Source of the DNA: Chloropicon primus
Taxonomy: Eukaryota
Reading direction: 5' to 3'
DNA length: 64,000 nucleotides
Assembly: GCA_023205875.1 (NCBI GenBank)
Contig: CP060754.1
Coordinates: forward strand, 1,426,001 to 1,490,000
The notes under the pieces are model-generated. The model did not search any database, was not told where the DNA came from, and saw only the letters and a program-made list of their open reading frames with translations. Of this stretch, positions 52,651 to 63,200 are shown in pieces; positions within the stretch are counted from its first letter, which is position 1; each line of letters opens with the position of its first letter. Made by a program: the position numbers and the translations under genes.

Positions 52651-53679
52651 TCATTCGTCCTCCTCGTCGCTTTCTTCGAACCCGACCCAATCCTCAAAAG
52701 CAAATATGAATTCCTTGAGGGAGATGCTACCGCTCCTGTCCGAGTCCAGCTCCTTAAACCGCCTTCTCCAGATTCTGGTCGAGATGCTGCCTTCCGTAGA
52801 CTTGCGCCCGATGGAGGAGTCAAACCCTTTCATGACCTCGTCCTTGAGGATTCTGCCGTCGCCATTCTTGTCGAAGAAGAGGAAGGTATCCACAACGAGG
52901 TCGATCGCAGTTTTCACCTTTTCATTCAGGGCGATGCGCCTTGCTTGGCTCGAAGCGCTCAAGTCCAAAGTGTTGGAATCCAACTCGACGTAGTCCATGA
53001 GGTACAGAAAAGACATGATCACGACGAACTCCTTGAAGTCGATCAGGTTGTTCTTGTCCCGGTCAGCCTCTCTCCAGACTTGCAGCTGGTGGTCCTCTGG
53101 GATGTTCATCGCGAGACCGTGCTCGGACATGGCAGCGCCCCACTCACTGAAGTCGATGTCCCCGCTGCCGTCCGAGTCCACGCTGTTAAACACGCCCCTC
53201 ATCATCTCGAACCCTTCCTTGATCGTTGGAAACTTCATGAGGACGGAGTTCAGGTTCTTCACCCTCGGACTGCGCGGGTCCTGTGCCTTGGCCTGCACCC
53301 TCTTCTTGAGCTCCTTGACGAGCAGGCCCTCGAAGTCGCTGATCACTTCGTTCTCGTCGAGGACAATGCTCTCCCCATCAGACCCGGTCGTGCGGTAGGT
53401 GCTGAAATTTTCGCTCCCCAGGTGGTGCTTCTGCTGCATCTGCTGCAGCTGGCTCTCGTATTCCTCCTCCTCGTCCCTCCTCCTCACGCGGGACCTCTTG
53501 CTCTCTTCGGGGTGCTCCATGTCAGTCGCCACCTGCTCCGCCCAGTGAATGTTCATGTTTCGATGGGACGAGTGCATCTCCCCTGTAGCATCGGGCTTCA
53601 CGAGCGAGGAGCGGCGTGGCTGCTCTTTGCCCTTGCTCCTGCCAGCCTCAACCGGTTCGCTTGATTGGTTCTGCCCCAT
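52651..53679 (-). CDS. EF-hand calcium-binding protein (CML21-like), probably N-myristoylated
   Basis: MGQNQS start; four EF loops DSDGSGDIDFSE, DRDKNNLIDFKE, DKNGDGRILKDE, DSDRSGSISLKE. Confidence 0.9.
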   Translation of the reverse strand: MGQNQSSEPVEAGRSKGKEQPRRSSLVKPDATGEMHSSHRNMNIHWAEQVATDMEHPEESKRSRVRRRDEEEEYESQLQQMQQKHHLGSENFSTYRTTGSDGESIVLDENEVISDFEGLLVKELKKRVQAKAQDPRSPRVKNLNSVLMKFPTIKEGFEMMRGVFNSVDSDGSGDIDFSEWGAAMSEHGLAMNIPEDHQLQVWREADRDKNNLIDFKEFVVIMSFLYLMDYVELDSNTLDLSASSQARRIALNEKVKTAIDLVVDTFLFFDKNGDGRILKDEVMKGFDSSIGRKSTEGSISTRIWRRRFKELDSDRSGSISLKEFIFAFEDWVGFEESDEEDE

Positions 53680-54223
53680 GGTGGTCACACAACCCTCGTA
53701 CGGAACGCAGGCGACCTTGCAAAGGCGCCAAAGTCACTCGCTCTCGCCCTCGCTCTCGCCCTCGCGCTCTTCGTGCCAAGGCGCCCTCGCGAGTACTCTC
53801 CGACTCGCCCTGGACCTCGCCCCGTCGTTGCCCTGCCCACGACGACGACAAGAAGAAAGAAGAAAGAGAAAGAAGAAGAAGAGGTTCAGTTCCTAGGCAC
53901 CCTCCACCCAGTGCGCCACTCTTTTGGTGTCACAAGTCGAACGAAAGAGGGGGAGACGACTTCCGTGAGCTCCACCTCCTCTCGTGGCCTCGACCCTCGC
54001 GCCCATTCCTTGGCCCCTTACCTCCTTTCCGTGGCGCTCTGCTCCTCTCTGCCCTCGCCGGCCCGTTCTCTAACGCTTTTCTTTCGGTTAGAAAAAGCAT
54101 GATTTTTTCTCATGAGGAGAATCTTTGGAAAGGAGGATGGTCGGCCTCGGTCTCGGTCTCGGTCTCGGTTGGTTGGTTAGGGTTATAGGTGCCTTGGCTG
54201 TAGGATTATATTAAGCAAGTCTT

Positions 54224-55762
54224 TTAAGAAGTGCTGCCGAGGTGATGCCTTAGCGCCAGGAGGCGCTGTTCTATGAACTCGGCCTCCTTGGGGTGGGCCT
54301 CCCTGGTCGCTTCGAGTCCCGCCTCCGCGTGGTCGTCCGCGACGTTGTAATGGACCAACACTAAGTTTTCCATGGTGCACGGCTTGGTCTCGTCCCACCT
54401 GACGAGGGCCAGCTCGTTGGTGTTCCTCCACAGCCCCTTGTTCTTCTTGGCGGCTGTCAAGGGCCCCTTTGCGAGGACGAAGGCGCAGCACCCGCACCAC
54501 ACGCTCCTCACCAGGTACTCCACCTCGTCCAAGTCCACGTGCACCCCGTCAGACGTCCCGAACTGGATGTCCTCCCTGTCCTTGAGGCGCTCGAAGAGCA
54601 CCTCGATCTCGCTCAGCCTGATCTTGAACAGCGGCTCCGGGATCAGGGGCCTCCCCGTGAGGAAGGTGAGGACGTAGGCGGCGGCGGCCATGCCAAATAT
54701 CGCGGGGGTCGTGCCCAGGACCGGAATCGTCCTCACCCTGAAGTTCGGCACGATCTGAAAGTCCAGAGGATCTCCCTGGGCTTCGTCAAAGGGGAGGAGC
54801 CCGCACCGAGGGTTCTCGGTCGAGAACAAGGCAGGCACCCTACCCTCGAATTTGTACTTGTTCTTCAGCTGGTACCGCACGGCCCGGCCCAGCGGGTCGA
54901 TCGAAGACTCTGCTATGTCCGCGATCTTTAACCTCGTGGGGTCGGCCTTCCCCCCCGCCCCGCACACGCAAAGAACCTCGATCCCCCTTTCCTTGCAATC
55001 CATCAGCAGCTGCACTTTCGTGTGGATGTTGTCGATGGCGTCGATCACGAAGTCTGGCTTGCCCTTGAGCACCTCCTCTCTGGTGCTCTCGTCGAAGAGG
55101 GAGACCAGGGCCTCCACCTCGCACTCTGGACAGATTTCAGAGAAGCGGTCCTTGAGGCAGGTCGCCTTCGGGGTCCCCACATCGCTTCTGGTGGCGAGAG
55201 CGTGCCTGTTGAGAGAGGACAGGGTGACCTGGTCGAAGTCCACCAGCCTGAGCTTCCCGACCCCTGAACGAAGCAAGAAGTGCGCCGCGTGGCTTCCCAC
55301 CCCCTATACGAGAAACGAAAGGCAGAGGGTTGTCCTGTCAATCAAAACGCCGAAGAGGAGGCTCGAGACAATCGTTCTGGGCGCCCCTGCCAGTCAGGAC
55401 CTGGCACTTACCCCAAGGCCCACGACAACTACGAAAGCGTTGGCCAAATCGAGCTGCGCGCTTTCACCGAAGAATTGAATGTTCCGCGTGAGCTGCTCCT
55501 TGAGCACCTCGTCCGTCAGCACCTCCGCCATGGGCACAGCAGGCTCCAGTGCAGCCTTCCCCTTCCCCTGGTGCACACTCGCCTCGCCATCCGTTCCATT
55601 GCGGTTCTCCCTCGCTGGCGACGCTCCTGGGGAGGTTCTGAGCCTCGCGAGCGACAACGCGACTCTGTCGCTGCCGAGGCACTTCCACGCCAAGAAGGAC
55701 GCCGCCACTCCCGCCGCCAACCCGATCGCGAAGGTCTTAGACTCCGCCATTGCCATCGCCAT
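54224..55762 (-). CDS. tRNA threonylcarbamoyladenosine dehydratase (TcdA/TCD1-2, ThiF family); intron 55304-55411
   Basis: N-terminal membrane anchor; EQLTRNIQFFG; spliced VVGLGGVGSHAA; DFDQVTLSSLNRH; DAIDNI. Confidence 0.92.
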
Positions 55763-55956
55763 CGCCTGGATCGCCCTTGGAAAAGTCTGTAGAGCGATTG
55801 GCTGCCTCTCTTGGAGGTGTGAGGGATGCTGAGGGACAAGGGCAATGAGAGGGGGACAGGACAATGAGGGAGACAACTTGGACTTGCATGACCCTGTCCT
55901 CTTCCTTCCCTCCCGTGGTGATTGCCCTCTGGGCTTGCCCCTCTCATCCCCTGGAC

Positions 55957-56001
<45 letters not shown>

Positions 56002-56106
56002 GGGGAGGAGGAGAAAGGGGCAAGGAAGGCGATGTTTTATTATTTTCCGGTTTCAGTTCATTACAATCAAATTTTTAAGGTTTAGTTTGGGTTTTGGCTC
56101 GAGTGC

Positions 56107-58122
56107 TTACAAGGATGGTTCACCCATCTCGTCCGCAACCATTGCAAAGTAAGAGGCCAAGAACCTGAATGGAGCATCAGCTCTTGCCAAGTCCAACTTC
56201 TTCAAGCAGACCTTCAGGTGAGCAGGAATACCGTGCTTGTTGAGGTAATCCTTGACCGTCTCGGAGGCGTCAGGAATTTTAAGCACCTGCGCAGGAGCAG
56301 CCTCAGCAGGAGCAGCCTCAGCCTCAGCAGGAGCAGCCTCAGCAGGGGCAGCCTCAGCCTCAGCAGGAGCAGCCTCAGCCTCAGCAGCCGCCTTGGCCTT
56401 GGCCTTCTTCTTAGCAAGCAAGCCACGGCCAGCGCTCTGAAGCTTGAGGGCAGCAGCCTCAAGCTCAGCAAGACTAGCAAACTGAGTGTCCATGACCTTG
56501 CTGACCTCGACGAAAACCTCCTCGGGCGCAGGGACGGCAGAGATCTTTGCGACCTTGTCCACCTTCTCAAAGTGCTCGATCACGGGCATCGAAGCGTTCA
56601 CAAAGGTGTCGAAACGCTTCTTGATGGTCTCAATGTTGTCATCTGCCCTTCCACTGGTCTCTGCCCTCTTCAGCAAGCGCTCCTCCATCACGTCCTGCGG
56701 GCAGTCGAAGAACAGGACCATCTTGCAGGGGATGACTTCCTTCTCAAACTCCTCGGCCTGGTCAAGGGCACGTGGGAAGCCATCGATAAGGAACTTGGTC
56801 CCGTCTGCGGTGGCAATAGCCTTCTTCAGCAGCTTGATGGTCACGGAAGAAGGAACCAGTTTGCCCTCCTTCATGATCTCCTCGAGCTCCTTGCCCATTT
56901 CAGACCCACTGGCGACCTCCGCTCTCAGCAAGTCCCCTGCGGAGAAGTGCCCAAAGCCGTACTTCTCCACAATTCTCTCGCATTGCGTTCCCTTTCCACT
57001 TCCAGGACCTCCGAGCACGAACACGATCTCGGCATCGGGGTTGACCTGTGGCTCAGTCTCGGCAGGAGCAGCCTCAGCAGGGGCAGCCTCCTCCTCAGCA
57101 GGAGCAGCCTCCTCCTCAGCAGGGGCGGCCTCAGCCTCAGCAGCCGCCTTGGCCTTGGCCTTTTTCTTAGCAAGCAAGCCACGGCCAGCGCTCTGAAGCT
57201 TGAGGGCAGCAGCCTCAAGCTCAGCAAGACTAGCAAACTGAGTGTCCATGACCTTGCTGACCTCGACGAAAACCTCCTCGGGCGCAGGGACGGCAGAGAT
57301 CTTTGCGACCTTGTCCACCTTCTCAAAGTGCTCGATCACGGGCATCGAAGCGTTCACAAAGGTGTCGAAACGCTTCTTGATGGTCTCAATGTTGTCATCT
57401 GCCCTTCCACTGGTCTCTGCCCTCTTCAGCAAGCGCTCCTCCATCACGTCCTGCGGGCAGTCGAAGAACAGGACCATCTTGCAGGGGATGACTTCCTTCT
57501 CAAACTCCTCGGCCTGGTCAAGGGCACGTGGGAAGCCATCGATAAGGAACTTGGTCCCGTCTGCGGTGGCAATAGCCTTCTTCAGCAGCTTGATGGTCAC
57601 GGAAGAAGGAACCAGTTTGCCCTCCTTCATGATCTCCTCGAGCTCCTTGCCCATTTCAGACCCACTGGCGACCTCCGCTCTCAGCAAGTCCCCTGCGGAG
57701 AAGTGCCCAAAGCCGTACTTCTCCACAATTCTCTCGCATTGCGTTCCCTTTCCACTTCCAGGACCTCCGAGCACGAACACGATCTCGGCATCGGGGTTGA
57801 CCTGTGGCTCAGTCTCGGCAGGAGCAGCCTCAGCAGGGGCAGCCTCCTCCTCAGCAGGAGCAGCCTCCTCCTCAGCAGGGGCGGCCTCCTCCGCAGGAGC
57901 ATCCCCTTCTGCAGGAGCAGCCTCCTCCTCAGCAACCGGGGCCTCCGCCTCCGCCTCTGCAGCAGGGGCATCGCCCTCGTTAGCAGGTGCCTCGGCCTCG
58001 GCCTCAGCAGGAGCGTCACCCTCGGCAGGAGCAGCCTCCTCGGCAGGAGCAGCCTCGGTCTCCGGTTCAGCTGGCGCTGGTGGATTCTCCTCTGCGGGTG
58101 TCGGAGCTTGTTCTTCGCTCAT
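56107..58122 (-). CDS. Adenylate kinase with two tandem AK domains, IQ-like motifs and C-terminal Dpy-30/RIIa-like docking domain
   Basis: Two copies of GGPGSGKGTQC/SAGDLLR/LIDGFPR/GRADDN; LKLQSAGRGLLAKK; YLNKHGIPAHL...PFRFLASYF. Confidence 0.92.
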   Translation of the reverse strand: MSEEQAPTPAEENPPAPAEPETEAAPAEEAAPAEGDAPAEAEAEAPANEGDAPAAEAEAEAPVAEEEAAPAEGDAPAEEAAPAEEEAAPAEEEAAPAEAAPAETEPQVNPDAEIVFVLGGPGSGKGTQCERIVEKYGFGHFSAGDLLRAEVASGSEMGKELEEIMKEGKLVPSSVTIKLLKKAIATADGTKFLIDGFPRALDQAEEFEKEVIPCKMVLFFDCPQDVMEERLLKRAETSGRADDNIETIKKRFDTFVNASMPVIEHFEKVDKVAKISAVPAPEEVFVEVSKVMDTQFASLAELEAAALKLQSAGRGLLAKKKAKAKAAAEAEAAPAEEEAAPAEEEAAPAEAAPAETEPQVNPDAEIVFVLGGPGSGKGTQCERIVEKYGFGHFSAGDLLRAEVASGSEMGKELEEIMKEGKLVPSSVTIKLLKKAIATADGTKFLIDGFPRALDQAEEFEKEVIPCKMVLFFDCPQDVMEERLLKRAETSGRADDNIETIKKRFDTFVNASMPVIEHFEKVDKVAKISAVPAPEEVFVEVSKVMDTQFASLAELEAAALKLQSAGRGLLAKKKAKAKAAAEAEAAPAEAEAAPAEAAPAEAEAAPAEAAPAQVLKIPDASETVKDYLNKHGIPAHLKVCLKKLDLARADAPFRFLASYFAMVADEMGEPSL
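56372..57888. repeat. 756-bp tandem duplication inside the adenylate kinase CDS
   Basis: Units 56372-57127 and 57128-57883; one synonymous difference seen by eye. Confidence 0.95.
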
Positions 58123-59355
58123 TCTCGTCGCCTTTTGTCTCGTCCAGTCCTATAAACGAATCAAAGATGACACCTTTGACAGTGACTTGGTGCTTACGTA
58201 TCGGTACCGTGACCCTTGGCGCTTGGACTCAAAGCTTCTTTCCCCTCGATCGATGGGCGAGCAGTCAAAGCCTTGCAATGAAAGGAAAGGAAAGGAAAGG
58301 GAAAAACCTTGGCATTGACCCTGACCTCGGTCTCCGAGAGATCTCCGCACCTTCCCCTTCAAGGATTCCTTCCATCCCCCAAAGATGGAGACGCAGAGGG
58401 GGAGGCAACCGGGACGTCTGGGTCGGAATGGAGGAGACCGGAACACCTCACACTTGTGACGTTACTTTTCCCCTGGCAAGATCTCTCTTCCTCTCTCTCT
58501 CTCCTGCTGCTGCTTGTTCAAACTTCGAGAATTTCATCCTCTTGTCCTCGTCGTTGACTTTGAGTGGGGAAGAGCGAAGAGAGAAAAAGGGAGAAAGGAG
58601 ACGGAGACGGACCCCTCCCCTCCCCTGTCGTCCTCCTGGAGAGAAATGGGGAAAACGTTTTTGACTTGAAAAGCCTTGATGACTTTGGTTCTCTTTCTCT
58701 CTCTTCACTCGTGTTTGAAATCATTGAATCGACCTGGACCTCGCCCCTTGGCTCCTGGATTCTGGAAGAGAGGTGCCAGGGGCCAAGCCGTTGACGGATC
58801 GAGGACCTATTCCGTTAATCCTTACCACGACGACCCCCTCCCCTTCTCTTGCTCTTCCTCCCCAACTCTTTTCTCTCCCTCTCTTCCCCTCCGTCCGGAA
58901 ACTCTTCTCTTCTCTCTCCTCCCTCTGGTGTCCTTCTTAGTCTCGTCTCTTCGATGGACGACATCACAAGACTTCCCGAGTTTCGGTCCCACGACTCTGG
59001 TCCCATGTGCGAAATCTACACGAATACCGCTCGAGGTGACCGGATCGAGGCTTTGGTTTGTGACGCCTCCCGAAAAATTGTCTTCGTCTTCGTGTGGAAT
59101 GGGGACCCAAGGGAGCTTTGGCCTTGACTCGAGCGTGTGAAGGTTGCGACTCGGTGACGACGGTGACGAACCGAACTGCGAGGAGAGAGGCAAGTTGCGC
59201 AGACCACTTCAAAGGCAGCGCGTTGTCTTGAGGCGAAGACGAAGAGGACCTCTTCATCCCTCGCGGCGTGAGTTGACGAAGTGACGACGAGGAACATTGG
59301 AGTTTGCTCGCGACGACGAACAAAGACTTGAGAAACCACCACCACCACCTGCACC

Positions 59356-60230
59356 ATGTTCAGAAACACGTACCAGTCAGGTTTTCTGTCCATCCTTTAC
59401 AGCATAGGAAGCAAGCCGCTATCCATTTGGGACAAGAACGGTAAGTCACGCCGCTGGGGTGGAAGACTTCGCGCGTCTTTCTTGCATTCCACGTTGTGGA
59501 AGTCCTGACCAACATTCTTTTTTCTTCCTTCTTTGCCTCGGGTTGTTGCTTTGAAACGAACTCTCCGTGCCGCTTGCAGTGCGCAATGGCCACATTAAGA
59601 GAATCACAGACGGAGACATCCAGTCCTCCGTCCTGGAAATCATGGGCACAAACGTCAGCACCATATACATTACCTGTCCAGCGGATCCTGCCATGTGAGT
59701 CTTTTTCTTCCTGTGGGGAATTCAATAATTCCTGCTTCTCTTTCTTTCCTTCCTTCCTTTTCTCGTGTTGTAGGCGGACCGAAAACCTTTTGGCCTCCAG
59801 ACTGACCCAATGAATCTTCCTTGTCCTTTGCCTTGCTCGCTCTGCTGGGAACAGGACGCTTGGAATTAAGCTCCCTTTCTTGGTTATGATCATCAAAAAC
59901 TTGAAGAAGTACTTCAGCTTCGAGGTCCAAGTACTTGACGACAAGAACGTTCGCCGCCGATTTAGGGCGTCTAATTACCAGTCTACAACCAGGGTGAAGC
60001 CTTTCATTTGTACCATGCCTATGCGTCTCGACGAGGGCTGGAACCAGATTCAGTTCAACTTGTCGGACTTCACAAGAAGGGCCTACGGTACCAACTACAT
60101 TGAGACCCTCAGAGTGCAGATCCACGCCAACTGCAGAATTAGGAGAATCTACTTTTCTGATAGGCTGTACTCTGAAGAGGAGCTTCCTCCTGAGTTCAAG
60201 CTTTTCTTGCCTATCCAGAACAAGGCATAA
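59356..60230 (+). CDS. CFAP20: Cilia- and flagella-associated protein 20 (BUG22); exons 59356-59440, 59580-59694, 59855-60230
   Basis: Spliced [22 protein letters not shown]...[11 protein letters not shown]...[20 protein letters not shown]...[13 protein letters not shown]. Confidence 0.97.
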
Positions 60231-60297
60231 TACAGTAAAGAGTAAACGTTTGTTAAAAAAAAACCTTTTACACATATATATTTCCCCGCCTCGTCGT

Positions 60298-63200
60298 TCA
60301 GCGAGCGCCGTAGCCGTACCCTTGTTGGTCGTACCCTTGCTGCCCACCATAGCCATAAGAAGCTTGCTGGTCGTTGTACCCGCCGTAGCCGTAGTCCTGG
60401 TACTGGCCGTAACCACCACCGCCTCTTCCATAGGCTTCAGAGGCCTGGTAATCTTGCGCCCTGCTATAGTCTCTTTCCCCCCTGTACGAGTCAGAGTAAC
60501 CACCCCTTGTGTCTCTATAGTCCCTGTCCCCATCCTTCCGAGCGTCCCTCCGTGCGTTGTCCTCCTTTGGATCCGGATGTTGAATGAACACCTTGTAAAG
60601 CTTCTCCAACTTGGAGTATTCTTTGCCCCTGAACCTGTAACCGTCCGGCGAGAGGCCGATTCTCTCGTGGCTAGGCCTAGAACCCTCCTTGTTTTTCAGG
60701 TAGGACAGCCTCACATAACCAGGATGCTGCTCATCCAGCGAGAAGGCTGCCTTCGCGTACTTGTACTTGACTTTCTCAACCTGGGCTTGAAGGTACTCTG
60801 AAACCTGGGCTTTCGTACCCCTCCTGAACTTAGGGTGAGCTTTCACAGCGTCCAGCTTGTTGATCAAAGGCTCGACAAACCTGGCAACGATCTCGTCAAG
60901 ATCCTCGTACTCCTCGTTCACGCTCTTCTTGATTCTCAGGGGCGTTCCGAGGGACAAAGTATTTCTGCCCTCGTGCGCCTTCTTGTCTTCCTCGATTTGC
61001 TCGTTCAGCAAAATCATAGGCTTCCCGGTCAGCTTGACCGTCAAAGACAACTTTCCTACGCCACCAGAAGATGGACGGAACAGAAAGTCTCCCGAAGTGC
61101 ACTTCTCCATGTAATTCTTTGTTTGTTCGTAGTCGTAGTTTTGGAACTTCTCGTGCTTGATAGGCCTCCTGACCAACTTTCTCTTCTTTGGCCTCATGAC
61201 TTCCTCAGTCAATTCGTCTGGTTGGATCTTCTGGTATCCTGCCAGCGTACAGTACCTGTCCTCCCACTTGTCAAGATCACTCAGAGCCCTTTCGCTGTTT
61301 CCCACAATGATAGAGAAGACCTCTATCGTTTTCAGTTTTCCCCTGGCAGGTTTGAAAAAGTACTTCTTCTTCACCTTGGCAGTCTCATCCGCCGTTGGGA
61401 TTTCTAACACCCTCACGCGGATGTTATCGTTTCTGCCGGTGGGCTGATTGTTTGCAGCGTCAAGAATGGCGAGGATTCCACAGTCGAGCTCCACAATTTT
61501 CAGATCCTTAATGCCACGTGGGTCGTCGTCCTCCCGTGGCTGGTGATCAAACAAAGAACGATTGTACAAGACTCTCGCATTGCAAAGCCTGCCTGGCTTG
61601 ATCATGTCCCTGATTTCATTGGAGGCCAGCAGAAACTCCTCCATGTTGCCCGGCATTCTCCAGGACTCCCTGAGATCCGAGAATGGACTCTTCAGCTCAA
61701 AGGCAAAATCAATCAGAGACTTCAAATTCGCATTGTGCTTCTCCGCGTAGTCCTTGAAGTGGAACTTATCGATGCTCTTGTTCACGACGTAGGATTTTAT
61801 GTGCTCCGCCTTGTCCAACAGAGCCTCCACTGCTTCATCGTCGTCATCAATTTCACTCTCAATCTCTCTGGCCAGCTTTTTCACAGACTCGTAAGCGTCG
61901 GGGTGGATTCTTGTGCAATCCAACAGTTCCCCGTCGTACGACATTTTATCCCTTTGAAACCTCATGAGGGCGCAAGCATTTTCCCAGACTTTGGGGCTCA
62001 GAATTTCACTCAGCTGCCTTCTGCTGTCGACATAACCTCCTCTCTTCTTGATTGCTTCCAGAAGAATGTTAGCTTTCCGAGAGCCAAGACCGGCAACAAA
62101 CGGGAGTGAATACGACTTCCAAGTCTGAAGCATAGCTTCATTGAGGTCTACACCAACCTGGCTCACAAGCGTCACCAGGCATTGCTCCAGGGCAGACAAT
62201 TGCTCGTCTACACTGAGGAACTGCTGCGCTTCATGCAAGTTCAGTCCCGCGACTTCGTTTTGGTTCGAAAACAGAGAGGCTGCAACAGGCAAAGGATCAA
62301 AGAACATTCTTCCCAAAGCAACAGCCTCTTTCACACTCCCAGGCACTTGAGGAAGCTCTGACAACGCTGCTTCGGAACCTGACCACAAGTGCGGGATCAC
62401 TTGGGAGGCTAGGATCACAGGAATGTCCCCACTCTCAACTGCACCTTTCATTTCTTGGGTGTGGTTGACCAGAACTTCGGCAACAATGATTTCCATGATG
62501 TTCTTCAGTTTGACGCACTCCACGGACCCTGATCCTAAAGCGATTATCTGAGGCTTGTGAGCGATGATGAACCTCTTCACGTTCTCAGCAGCTGCTTGTG
62601 ACTTGACATCGCTCATAATGTTCGTCCCGTCGGACCAGTTGAGCTTGCCACTGAACGCGGGCATCTCCAAGAAATCTGCCAAGTTTCCGCTCGTATCAAG
62701 CATCACTAGCGTCGTCGAGAAGCCTTGGCTTCTGTCCTTCGCTGGTCCCCACACGCAAGACATTATGTACTTTTCCGTGTTCTCCCCTTGATCACCGCTC
62801 ACTTCTGATTTCCAAGGTGCCACAGACAAAAGCTTCCACATTTCATCGCTGAGTTTCTGGCTTACCCACCCCTTTGCTTCTTGGATCAGTGCATTCTTGA
62901 CTTCCAATTTGAGCATAGGGAGCAAATAGTTGTACACCGCATCCTGCAGTATCTTTTTCCTCAAGTTTCTCCATTCCTTGTGCACAGGAGAGCTTGCAGG
63001 AGCCATATAGAGACTTTCAAACACAGACATGACTTGCTCTTGCAGGACGTCCATTGGCATCTTGATCGTCACCCTGATCAGCCCCTCTCTCTCTGCTGAG
63101 ACCAAGTACAACCACTCTGCTGCCTTGAAAGACGAAAGAGGCTTGTCGTCGAGACTGGAGACTGGGCAATACTTGTGCATTGGGTCCCTTATCTCGGAGC

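Noticed and set aside
58123..59355. Possible ncRNA or small gene between AK and CFAP20
   Set aside because: No recognisable RNA family, ORF or copy of the tripartite motif seen
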